Origin: Malacoraja senta
Lineage: Eukaryota
Length of the DNA stretch: 64,000 bases
Assembly (NCBI GenBank): GCA_038087875.1
Contig: CM075993.1
Location: forward strand, 11,720,001 to 11,784,000
Direction of reading: 5' to 3'
The notes below the pieces were generated by a model. It was not told where the DNA came from and did no database searches. It was given only the letters and a program-made list of their open reading frames with translations. The translations under genes and the position numbers were made by a program. This document shows, piece after piece, positions 49,883 through 60,559 of the stretch (its first letter is position 1; the number at the start of each line of letters is the position of its first letter).

Positions 49883-50239
49883 CATGTGTGTGTGTAGTGT
49901 GTGTGTGTGTAGTGTGTCTGTGTGTGTGTGTGTAGTGTGTATGTATGTGTGTGTGTGTGTGTAGTGTGTCTGTGTGTGTGTGTGTGTATGTATGTGTATG
50001 TGTGTGTGTGTGTAAGTATGTGTGTGCGTGTGTGTATGTGTGGTGTGGTGTGGTGTGTGTGTGTAGTGTGTATGTATGTGTATGTGTGTGTGCGTGGTGT
50101 GTGTGTAGTGTGTATGTATGTGTAGTGTGTGTGTGGTGTGTGTGTGTAGTGTGCATGTGTGTGTATGTGTGTGTATGTGTGTGTGGTGTGTGTGTAGTGT
50201 GTGTGTAGTGTATGTGTGTGTGTATGTAGTGTGTATGTA
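49806..50239. repeat. Degenerate (TG)n satellite, left part
   Basis: Read directly. Confidence 0.95.
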
Positions 50240-51280
50240 TAGGTATGTCACAAAACTTACCTTCAGTCGCGCTGTAATTCTGCCACTGGCCGTGTGCGCG
50301 ATTTTGGCGCCTTTAAGGGGGGGGCGGGGTTAAAACGCGGTTTCTCCTCCCTTGTCCTGGAAATATTTTGTTGGAGTACAAAACTTCGCTGACAAAATCG
50401 TTCCTACCGGCGATTTGTGAATTTTTAAAAAAAATTAAATCGTCAATGTCAGCGCTACAGTCATTTTAAAAGCAGCTCCTGAAGCGTCAACGCCAATAAC
50501 GGGGACGGATTTCACACAATGGACAGGTAAACGAAAGTGCTTTCTTTAAATGTATAAAAGTGCTTCTTAAGAAGCCTTTAATTCACATTTTGTCATGCGA
50601 CACGGTGATTTTATTCCCCGAATTAACGGCAGTATTTTTCATGCCAATACGGGGTTAAATTCACCGCAAATGAACGTTCCAAAAGATCGCGTTCCAGAAA
50701 TTCTCACTCGCAAGATGAATTAAATCCCCATTAATTTACAGGTATTAAACATTCAATTCCTTCCATTTGGCCTGTAAATTCATGAAAATTAGATTTAAAA
50801 ATTATGTTATATTGTGAATTATTGTGTGAATGTTATTTGGACACTTAGGCTATTTAAAAATGTTAATCTATTCTTAAGAAATTGATAGATGTTTAGATCT
50901 AGTAATTGAATTTTGTAATTAGCTACAATTAGGTAACTAACTAATTATATGCTTTACTTTCATGTCTTCGAAGTAAGATTGTTTCATATTTGTTTCAGAA
51001 TGCTTCAATCTATAATACCTGAAAATTTCTTTCAGTTACCATAATTTTTAAGAAAGTTATGGGCTTTTAACTGTCCTCGATCACAGCTTTTGTGTTAAGT
51101 CAATGGAAAAGCAATAGGGAACTAGATGCTAATTTCTGAGTATGATAATGGCCATAACTTTTTTAATACTGAAGATATGAAAGTGAATTAAGTGTCAAAT
51201 TAAACTTCTTTTTATGCTTTATCTGATGGGATAAATTGCAGACTTTATTTTTTAAATCTCAAAATTTTGTAACATTGCTA
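50240..51280. mobile_element. About 1.04-kb non-autonomous DNA transposon with imperfect TIRs (TAG...CTA termini, possibly hAT-like), inserted in a (TG)n satellite
   Basis: Left end TAGGTATGTCACAAAACTT versus reverse complement of right end TAGCAATGTTACAAAATTT; no ORF; second copy at the window start. Confidence 0.7.
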
Positions 51281-51491
51281 GTATGTATGTGTATGTGTGT
51301 GTATGTGTGGTGTGTGTGTGTGTGGTGTATGTGTGTGTGTAGTGTGTATGTATGTGTATGTGTGTGTGTGTGTATGTCTGTGTGTGTGTGTGTGTGTGCG
51401 TGTGTGCGTGTGTGTGCGTGCGTGTGTGTGTGTGTGTGTGTAGTGTGTGTGTGTGCGTGTGTGCGTGTGTGCGTGTGTGCGTGTGTGCGTG

Positions 51492-51556
<65 letters not shown>

Positions 51557-51592
51557 GCGTGTGCGTGTGTGTGTGCGTGTGCGTGCGTGTGT
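51281..51592. repeat. Degenerate (TG)n/(TGCG)n satellite, right part
   Basis: Read directly. Confidence 0.95.
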
Positions 51593-52061
51593 GGCACCTG
51601 GACAGCTGAACATAGGGCGATGCACCTGAAGAAATGTGAGGTTCTGATTACTGGCGGCCCTTGTGAGGTGAGGGCCATGGCCACCCATTCCACAGCAACA
51701 TGACAGCAGGGGGAACACAGGAAAGTCAGTCATTCAACCTCTTGGGCACAAATTGGCCTGCCTCAGTGAGGGAGGGTCTGGGTCCGAGTCAGGGATCGAC
51801 GGGGGGAGGGTGGGGGGCGTGGGGGACGGGGGACGGAAGGGAGTGGGTGGGGTCCAGTCACAGGCGCAGCTCAGGAAGAGGAGTGGCTGGGAACAAACAA
51901 TATCTTTAAAATCATCGCTGACATTATGTTTCACCAACTCCATTTTAAAAGACTCGAGTGGATGTTGAAGTGTTTTGTTTCGGAGAGCTGTGAGTTCAAG
52001 TGTCCGCTGTCATTTATCTATTTAATTTTTCTGGTTTCCACTGTTCAGCAGCATAACTTAC

Positions 52062-52176
52062 CTCAAACAGGTGACATCCCTCAGACTCTCTTCGATTGTA
52101 CGGCCTGATAATCCCATCGTCACGAATGCATCGCGGTGGACGCAGTTTACTTACATCTTCAGTCGATTCTGCCACC
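52062..52176 (-). CDS. VPS13C: VPS13C coding exon (VAESTEDVSKLRPPRCIRDDGIIRPYNRRESEGCHLFE)
   Basis: caacag|G...GAG|gtaagt, 115 nt, phase 2 to 0; LRPPR..DGIIRPY motif. Confidence 0.95.
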
Positions 52177-52194
52177 CTGTTGAATTTAATTGAA

Positions 52195-52482
52195 TTAAAT
52201 CTAAAGATACAGCACAAAAACAGCTCCTTCCGCCCACCAAGTCCACGCTGACCATCAATCACCCGTTCACACTAGTTCTATGTCATCCCACCTTCTTACA
52301 CACCAAGGACAATTTATGGAAGCCAATTAACCTACAAACACGCACGTCTTTGGGATGTGGGAGGAAACCGGAGCATCCGGAGAACATGCAAACTCCACAC
52401 AGACAGCACCTGAGTTTAGGATTGAACCCGTGTCTCTGGCACTGGGGCAGCAGCTCTACCTGCTGCGCCACCATGCTGCCCC
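52195..52482 (-). mobile_element. V-SINE whose tail lies just upstream of the acceptor of the 52176 exon
   Basis: Head at 52482; tail ...CTGTATCTTTAGATTT about 20 nt from the AG. Confidence 0.8.
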
Positions 52483-52776
52483 ACACACATTGAAATAATG
52501 CATCAAAATAAATGGGTGCCTTTAACTACTTATCCAGCCTATGATAAATACACTGAACTTACGAGTCACTGCAGAGCAGAAGGAAGCAAATATATTTCCA
52601 AGACATCACGTCTGAGTATTTTCAGTAGATGGTTATTCATTAGAATTTAAAGCATCCTCTATCCTACTTTAAATTGTACAGGAAGGAACTGCAGATGCTG
52701 GTTCACATTGAAGTTAGACACAAAATGCTGGAGTAACTCAGCGGGACAGGCAGCATCTCTAGAGAGAAGGAATAGT

Positions 52777-52804
52777 CTGAAGAAGGGTCTCGACCAGAAA
52801 CGTC
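52777..52804 (+). ncRNA. Minimal hammerhead core within PLE fold-back 52678-52853
   Basis: CTGAAGA A GGGTCTCGACCA GAAAC GTC; one stem II mismatch. Confidence 0.5.
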
Positions 52805-53215
52805 ACCCATTCCTTCTCTCCAGAGATGCTGCCTGTCCCGCGGAGTTACTCCATAATCTATTTTGTGATCAGCGTGAATGCACATTGGGTGATAACAATC
52901 AAGTTTTAATGGACAACAGGATAATTGTAAAACAATGTTGTATTCAAAAGAAATAATCTCATTAAAATGTCAAGGATTATATATTCCATTATGATCATCT
53001 TTAAAGATGGTCCCTGGAGAACATTAACAATAATTAAACATATGGGATTTCCTTAATGGAGAGTCACTGGAGACAGAGAGCAGGAAACTACAGGCCAGTT
53101 GGCTTCACATCTGTCATAATGAACATGAGAGAAGCTAGTAGAACATGCAAAATATGTGGAAAAATTCAAAGAAAAAATCAACTTCAGCCAATTAATTTAT
53201 TGGACCTCTTTTCAT

Positions 53216-53490
53216 GTTTAGTTTAGAGATACTGCACGGAAATAGGCCCTTTGGTGCATCGAGTCCGCACTGGCCAGTGATCCCCGCACACTAACACTAT
53301 CCTACACACACTAGGGACAAGTTACACATATACAAAGCCAATTAACCTGCACGTCTTTGGAATGTGGGAGGAAAATGAGGATCTCGGAGAAAACCCACGC
53401 AGATCACGGGGAGAACGTACAAACTCCGTTCAGACAGCACTTGTCGTCAGGATCGAACCTGGGTCTCCGGCACTGTAAGGCAGCACCACC
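53216..53490 (-). mobile_element. V-SINE
   Basis: B box, V-domain and tail on the minus strand. Confidence 0.8.
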
Positions 53491-53654
53491 GTTCCACGCT
53501 AAAAATGTGCTGTGGTGAGTTGCTCTACACTGGACAATTGATAAGGGGCTGCGTCAAAACTTGTGGAAAGTAAAAGCTCACAGTGCAGGAAGTTGCATAT
53601 TGGCGTATGGTCAAGTTTAGCTTGCTAACAGGAAACATAGTAGGTGTAAACAGG

Positions 53655-54043
53655 GTAGACACAATAAGCTGGAGCAACTCAGCCAGTGAGGCAGCATCTC
53701 TGGAGAGAAGGAATGGGTGAAGTTTCGGGTCGAGACCCTTCTTCAGGCTGATGTCAGGGGAGGGTGCGGGACAAAGATAGAATGTAGGCGGAGACAGTAA
53801 GACAGGTGGGAGAACTGGGAAGGGGGAGGGGACGGAGAGAGAGAGCAAGGGCTATCTGAACTTCGAGAAGTCAATGTTCATACTGATGGGGTACAAACTA
53901 GCTAAGCAAAATATGAGGTGCTGTTCCTCCAATTTGCGCTGGGCCTAACTCTGACAATGGAGGAGGCCCAGGACAGAAAGATCAGATTGGGAATGGGAGG
54001 GGGAGTTGAAGTGCTGAGCCACCGGGAGATCAGGTAGGTTAAG
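53655..54043 (-). mobile_element. Penelope-like element 3' end (GIY-YIG C-terminus, UTR, terminal repeat with hammerhead core 53719-53746)
   Basis: Minus strand PDLPVAQHFNSPSHSQSDLSVLGLLHCQS.AQRKLEEQHLIFCLASLYPISMNIDFS. Confidence 0.82.
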
Positions 54044-54346
54044 TCAATGAATACTTTCTGGATACTTTCAAGAAAGAGCTAGGAGGTAAAGGGACAGGTG
54101 TTGCATCTTCTGCGGTTGCCGATGAAAATTGCAGGGGAAAGTACTCGTCCCTTCCCACCCAAACCGCCCCCTCCCCAGGTACTTTCCCCTACATGGTTGA
54201 CATAGGCTAATATTAGAGTAGTCTGCAAGGTAGAAAAGGTAACAGAGCATCACCATTTGTGGCTCAGGGAATTACATATTAAAATAGGAAGGGATACATT
54301 ATTGATATACAGCATTAATGAGATCACATTTGAAGTACTGGGAACA

Positions 54347-54640
54347 GATAGACACAAAATGCTGGAGTAACTCAGCGGGACAGGCAGCATCTCTGGAGAG
54401 AAGGAATGGGCGACGTTTCGGTCGAGACCCTTCTTCAGACTGGTTAGGGATAAGGGAAACGAGAGATATAGACAATGATGTAGAGAGATAAAGAACAATG
54501 AATGGACGATGTGCTTAAAGCTAACGATGATAAAGGAAACAGGCATTGTTAGCTGTTTGTTGGGTGAAAATGAAAAGCTGGTGCGACTTGGGTGGGTGAG
54601 GGATAGAGAGAGAGGGAATGCCGGGGCTACATGAAGTTAG
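54347..54640 (-). mobile_element. Penelope-like 3'UTR plus terminal repeat (hammerhead core 54412-54438)
   Basis: Reverse-complement match to 14003-14300. Confidence 0.78.
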
Positions 54641-55351
54641 GACCTGAAGTGGGAACAGACTTGGTCTCCTTACTTAAGGAGCCTTGAAAGCACTTGAAGG
54701 GGGTTTACTAGACTAATACCTAGAATGGACACCCAGTCTGAAGAAGGGTGTCGACCTGAAACCTCATCTATTCCCTTGCTCCACAGATGCTGTTTGACCC
54801 GCTGAATGATTCCGGCCTTTTGTGTCTATCTCGGTTTAAACCAACATCTGCAGTTCCTTCCTGCACACAATACGGAGAATGGGGGGGTTGACTTATGAGG
54901 AGAGGTGAACAAGCCAGGCTTGCAACCACTGGAGCTTGGATACAGAGAGGGGACTTGGTTGTAACACAAGGTCTTCAAGGGACTTGACAGGTTGTATGTG
55001 GAGAGGATATTTCCCCTTGTGAGAGAATCGAGAACAAAGTAATGTGTGACCGATTGGACACAGAGATAATGCATAATATTCTCTCGGATGGTCACGGGTT
55101 TTCAGAAGATTCTTCCCCAAAGGGCGGGAGAGGAGTGTCTTTGAATACTTTTAAGGCAGGGGTATAAAACATTCTTGATAATGGGGGAAAATTATTTGGG
55201 GGCAAGCAGGAATGCTGTGCAAGGTTACAACCAGATTAGCAATGCTCGAGGGTGTAGGGAGGAACTGCAGGTGCTGGTTTATATTGATGATAGACAAAAT
55301 GCTGCAGTAACTCAGCGGGACAGGCAGCATCTCTGGATAGAAGAACTGGAT

Positions 55352-55379
55352 GACGTTTCAGGTCGAGACCCTTCTTCAG
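55352..55379 (-). ncRNA. Minimal hammerhead core, sense to VPS13C
   Basis: Minus strand CTGAAGA A GGGTC TC GACCT GAAAC GTC. Confidence 0.6.
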
Positions 55380-55482
55380 ACCGGAGGGAATGTTGGAGGG
55401 AATGACTTTAGGAGCCAGCCAGCCAAGTCCTGCTCAAAACTCGTATCATTTGGATAAATTCCGATGGAGCAGCAAGTCTTAC

Positions 55483-55606
55483 TTTTTGATTCCCTGGAAA
55501 GTGCTGCTTGCCATGTCAATGATGCCGCCGGTCGGCCGCGCCACCACTCCCACCAGACCTTTGCCCACTCCTTTAAAGAAACCAGCTGCACCTTCCTTCC
55601 TCGCAC
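55483..55606 (-). CDS. VPS13C: VPS13C coding exon (ARKEGAAGFFKGVGKGLVGVVARPTGGIIDMASSTFQGIK-K)
   Basis: acag|GT...AAAAA|gtaaga, 124 nt, phase 1 to 2; hallmark VPS13 motif GFFKGVGKGLVG. Confidence 0.95.
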
Positions 55607-55974
55607 CTGTCGGGGAAATTGTAACACATTGATTGTTGCACACAAACGTCATTTTTTTAACCAGATTATCGCGCTCTGGAGCTGAACTTTTATTACCAGA
55701 TGGCATAGAATGCAAAAATATCAGTGTTATATACACAGCCAAATACAGCCTGGATGGTTTCCAAACAGGAAACAAATTATATGGAGCAAGGTTCACACAT
55801 TCTCCACACTGATCATGTCCAACATAAAGAGCTGTCACTGTTCACCACGTCAAGGAATGATGTTTAACCTCTCAAGGGGCTGTCTTTGGTGATATGAACT
55901 CAATTTCCAGAAGGAAGAGGTAATAAGGACAAGTCCTCCATTGTGGACTTTACAACGAGACTGGCAAAAGCGAA

Positions 55975-56402
55975 TTTGCCGACTAGGCTTGTATTCACTG
56001 GAATTTAGAAGGATGAGAGGGAATCTTATAGAACCATATAAAATGATTAAGGGATTGGACAGGCTAGATGCAGGAAAAATGTTTCCGATGTTGGGGGAGT
56101 CCAGAACCAGGGGTCACAGTTTAAGAATAAAGGGTAGGCCATTTAGGACCGAGTTGAGGAAAAACCTTTTTCACCCGGAGAGTTGTGAATCTGAGAAATT
56201 TTCTGCCACAGGAGGCCAATTCACTGGATGTTTTCAAGAGATAGTTAGATATAGCTCTTAGGGCTAATGGAATCTAGGGATATGGGGAGAAAGCAGGAAT
56301 GGGGTACCGATTCTGAATGATTAGCCATGATCATATTGAATGGCGGTGCTGGCTCGAAGGGCCGAATGGCCTACTCCTGCACCCATTTTCTTTGTTTCTA
56401 TG
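55975..56402 (+). mobile_element. CR1 LINE 3' end
   Basis: [48 protein letters not shown]. Confidence 0.9.
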
Positions 56403-56840
56403 AATCAACAGCAGGAGTGATGAACAAATTAATAGATTGCACTCACAACTATTGTTGAAGTCAGCATGCTGGGGAACCAATGATTAAATATGGCACTTTA
56501 GACATGAGTACAATGAGGATGTTTGTGGAAGAGTGATCATAATATGCTGACTTTTGTATAGAAACATTGAAAACCAATGCCTTTAAAATATTACAAATGA
56601 CCAAGTATGAGCCTAGGAAACTAGTTTGAGAACAAAGACATTGACAATGGAAAGAAATATACCCCAGTAACGAGAACTAACTGAAGAAGCATGTATAAAT
56701 ACGTACAAAGAAAAGATCAGCTAAAGTTAACAGGAGTACTTAACATTAATAGGAAGGAACTGGTTTAAACCGAAGACAGACACAAAAATGCTGGAGTAAC
56801 TCAGCGGGAAATGCAACATCTCTGGAGAGAAGGAATGGGT

Positions 56841-56868
56841 GACGTTTCGGGTCGAGTCCCTTCTTCAG
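56841..56868 (-). ncRNA. Minimal hammerhead core, sense to VPS13C
   Basis: Minus strand CTGAAGA A GGGAC TC GACCC GAAAC GTC; one stem II mismatch. Confidence 0.5.
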
Positions 56869-57118
56869 ACTGAGACTGACAGACAGGGAAAAGTACAGAT
56901 AGGAATAATGAAATGGTAGATTTTATTAACTGAAAAAACAAGAATACTTCCCAGAAATGGTGGTCACCAGGTCTGCATTGAATAAGGATTTGAAAGAACG
57001 TAATATTAGTAAAATAACAGCATTGGGAAAATTAATTGGATTGAAAGCTGATAAATCCACAGGCTCCATGACTTGCATCGACCTGAATATGATGCCAAGC
57101 TATGATGCCAAATAATGT

Positions 57119-57146
57119 CTGAAGAAGGGTCTCGACCCGAAACGTC
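57119..57146 (+). ncRNA. Minimal hammerhead core, consensus copy
   Basis: CTGAAGA A GGGTC TC GACCC GAAAC GTC: CUGANGA, stem II, GAAA, palindromic ACGU, GUC cleavage triplet. Confidence 0.65.
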
Positions 57147-58432
57147 ACCGATTCCCTCTCTCCAGAGATGCTGCCTGTCCCGCTGAGTTACTCCAGCTTT
57201 TTGTGTCTATCGCCAAGTTAACCTGATCTCCTCCTGCTGCACGTGATCCACACTCTCCATTCCATGCACATGTTTAGATTAAAGCAGCATTGAATCAGGC
57301 CCTTCAGCCCATCAAGTCCATGCCAACTATCCTTTTTTAATGAAGATAATGATAGAAAATTGGGTTGCTTTTAAATGACAAGGTTTTGAAAGGTGTTGAC
57401 TGACTACAGGATCGCGACTGTCCTTCCGTATGAAGCATTCCATGACAACAGGTAGAAATAAGGAAGGAAACAGAACCTTGTTGCAAAAGGATTTGAGTAA
57501 AGATATCTTCCTGCAATCACGAAAGACCTGGGTGAAACTGCACCTGGAATACAGTCGCATCTCCCCCCGGGAAGGTTTTACATGAAACAGAGGGAGTGCT
57601 GCAAAGATGAACCAGATTCATTTCCAGCCGAATGAGAAGATACACTCCAGAATTTAAAAGGGACGGGTCATTTAGGATTCAAATGAAAATAAATTTGGAG
57701 GGCAGCATATCCTTGGAACTCCCTCCACAAGGGCTGGAAAGATTCAGTTGCTGAGTTCATTCATTCAGAGATTTGGGGATATTAAGGGAATCAAGGAATC
57801 TGGGATTATTACAGGAAAGTGATATTGAGGTTAGACCAGCTGCGATCTCTACATGGCAGAGCAAATGTGATGGATCAATGGTCTCGTGCTCCCACCTCAT
57901 TTCATATTTATCAGGGTGATTTAGAGTCATTGATCATGCAAGCAGTAAAGTAAGCCCTTCAGCACAACGTCCATGCCAACCATTAAGCAGCCATCTCTGC
58001 GGATCACATTTGGACAGGAACAGAGATAGAAAAGATTTAGAGGGATATGAGCCAAACATGGGAAGGTGGGACCAGTGTAGATCAGGCATCTTGGTCGGCA
58101 TGGGCAAGTTGTGCCAAAGGGCCTGTTTCCATGCTGTATCACGATGAGTTGAATTGTACTACGACCTCCCTCTTTTATATCTCATGAAAGCAAATAATCT
58201 GTACTACTTTTCCACCCTTCATCCAACTGATCTGCATTACGAATCTTTGGACTGTAACACCACGGTTCCACTGTCCCTCAATTCTCCCATGGACCACACC
58301 ATCCATTATGTATGTCCTACCCTGAGTTAGTCCTCTCAAAATGTGCACTTATAAATATTAAAGTCCTATCTTCATTGCTCTACCCAACTTACCAACAGAT
58401 CAAAATCACCCTCAGCCCAACACTTCAGACTT

Positions 58433-58657
58433 TTGAGATACAGTGTGGAAACAGGCCCTTCGGCCCATCGAGTCCATGCCGACCAGCGATCACCCCGTAC
58501 ACCGAGACAACTTAAAATTTACAGAAGCCAATTAACCTACAAACCTGTACGTCTTTGCAGTGTGGGAGGAAACCCATGCGGTTACAGGGAGAACATACAA
58601 ACTCCGTAGACAGCATCCAAAGGCAGCAACTCTACTGCTGACCTACTGTGCCGCCCC
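58433..58657 (-). mobile_element. V-SINE with deletions
   Basis: Tail and V-domain fragments. Confidence 0.7.
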
Positions 58658-58839
58658 TAAGAAAAGACTACCCTCCATTCTACCAGCATCACCAATTCTC
58701 ATGTCATCTGCAAACTCGCTGATGGTATCACCTCCATTCACATCCAATCTTTAATATGTATAAAAAGCACTAAGGGCACCAGCACTGACCCCTGAGACAC
58801 ACCACGAGTCACGTGCTTCCTGTCCAACTGAAGTTCATG

Positions 58840-59062
58840 TGGTGAATCTTCGGAACTCTCTGCCACAGAAGGTAGTTGAGGCCAGTTCATTGGCTATATT
58901 TAAGAGGGAGTTAGATGTGGCCCTTGTGGCTAAAGGGATCAGGGGGTATGGAGAGAAGGCAGGTACGGGATACTGAGTTGGATGATCAGCCATGATCATT
59001 TTGAATGGCGGTGCAGGCTCGAAGGGCCGAATGGCCTACTCCTGCACCTATTTTCTATGTTT
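58840..59062 (+). mobile_element. CR1 LINE 3' end
   Basis: VVNL.NSLPQK.VEASSLAIFKRELD and 3'UTR ending (TTTCTATG)n. Confidence 0.85.
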
Positions 59063-60368
59063 CTATGTAGTCTACATCAATTGCATTGTCTTCAGAAAGC
59101 ATTATCACCTTTTCAAAAACAACATACAAATTGGTCTGACAGGATCTCTCATCTTTGTTGATTAATCCCTGCTTTTCCATATGGAAGGTCTGAGTGTTCC
59201 TCAGAATTTTCTCCGTCCTGACAGATGATGGCAAGCATGCCTTCTCTACCACCCAGCATTGCCACTTTTCAGTGATCTGTGGATTGCGCCCCACAATCTC
59301 CATGAGGATCATGCTTTGATACTTTCCTCTTACATTTGACCTCATAAAATGCAGCACTGCATACCAACGTGGATTAAACTCCATGTACCATCTGCAAACT
59401 TACAAATCAGGCCATCAACATTTTCAGATGAATCATTAACGCACTACAAATAATACAAACAGCAGAGAACCTGCCCCTTCAGTCCACATGCTTTGGGATT
59501 TCCTTAACATAGTTCACCAATTGTGTTCCCTCTTTTCCCTCTGAGGTTCTGGTTCAGATACCTCACTTCATGTCCGATACACCTTCACGGCCTTCCCAGT
59601 GGCAGTTTTCTTATCCTGCCCAACAGCGGTGGTTGGTATAAAGAATGAGTAGGTAGTTGAGGCAGGATCATAACTCATAGGAGTAGAATTAGGCCAATTG
59701 GCCCATCAAGTCTATTCCGCCATTCAATCATGGCTGATCTATCTCTCCCTCCTAACCCCATTCTCCTGCCTTATCCCCATAACCTCTGACACCTGTACTA
59801 ATCTACATAACAATCAACTAATCAACTATAACAGCATTTAGAAGACATTTGGCCAGGTTATTGGATACGAAAGGTTTAGAGGGATATGGGCCAAATGCAG
59901 GCAGGTGGGATTAGTGTAGATGGGGGATCTGGGTTGGCATGGGCAAGTTGGGCCGAAGGGCCTGTTTCTGTGCTGTTTGACAATATAATTTCCTTTATAT
60001 AATTTATTAAAACCTTGATATCCCGTGTCATCCCAGGTTCCTTACCTTTAACCTTTATGGGAACACATTGACCCCAGAAATTATTTTCCTTTCGAATGCC
60101 TCCCCCTGGTGGGGTGTACAATTACCTATCGGTCTATTTTCGCCAGGTCATATACTACAATAAGACTTCTCCCAAGTCAGCCATTAGCGTTAACCCTTTC
60201 AACGACCCCCCTGATACGTGAAAGTTATTTCAAGAGTAGCCGGCAGTAACCTGGGTCATACTATTCAATATATTAAATAATGAGGAGCTCTTTAACAAGA
60301 GTTAACAATTTATTATAATATTGTTCAAAATAATCTATTTGCCACATTTCCAATGGGGACAAACATAC

Positions 60369-60414
60369 CTTCGACTGGCTTGGTGATGATTCCTGTAAAT
60401 CCTCCCAATACACC
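60369..60414 (-). CDS. VPS13C: VPS13C coding exon (GVLGGFTGIITKPVE-G)
   Basis: tttcag|GGT...GAAG|gtatgt, 46 nt, phase 0 to 1; continues the VPS13C peptide in frame. Confidence 0.93.
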
Positions 60415-60559
60415 CTGAAAGAACAAATATTTATAAATTATTATTTGACATGATGAAATCCGTCAATTGAGCCAGTACGGAACTGGGTCATTTTAGCTTC
60501 TTTGAGCATTGAAAAAAAAAGTATAAAGTGTCCTGACAAGAGGGAAGACACTGGAAAAA

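Noticed and set aside
49730..51733. HTHT/CVCV ORFs (also 45185-45492)
   Set aside because: Microsatellite translations.
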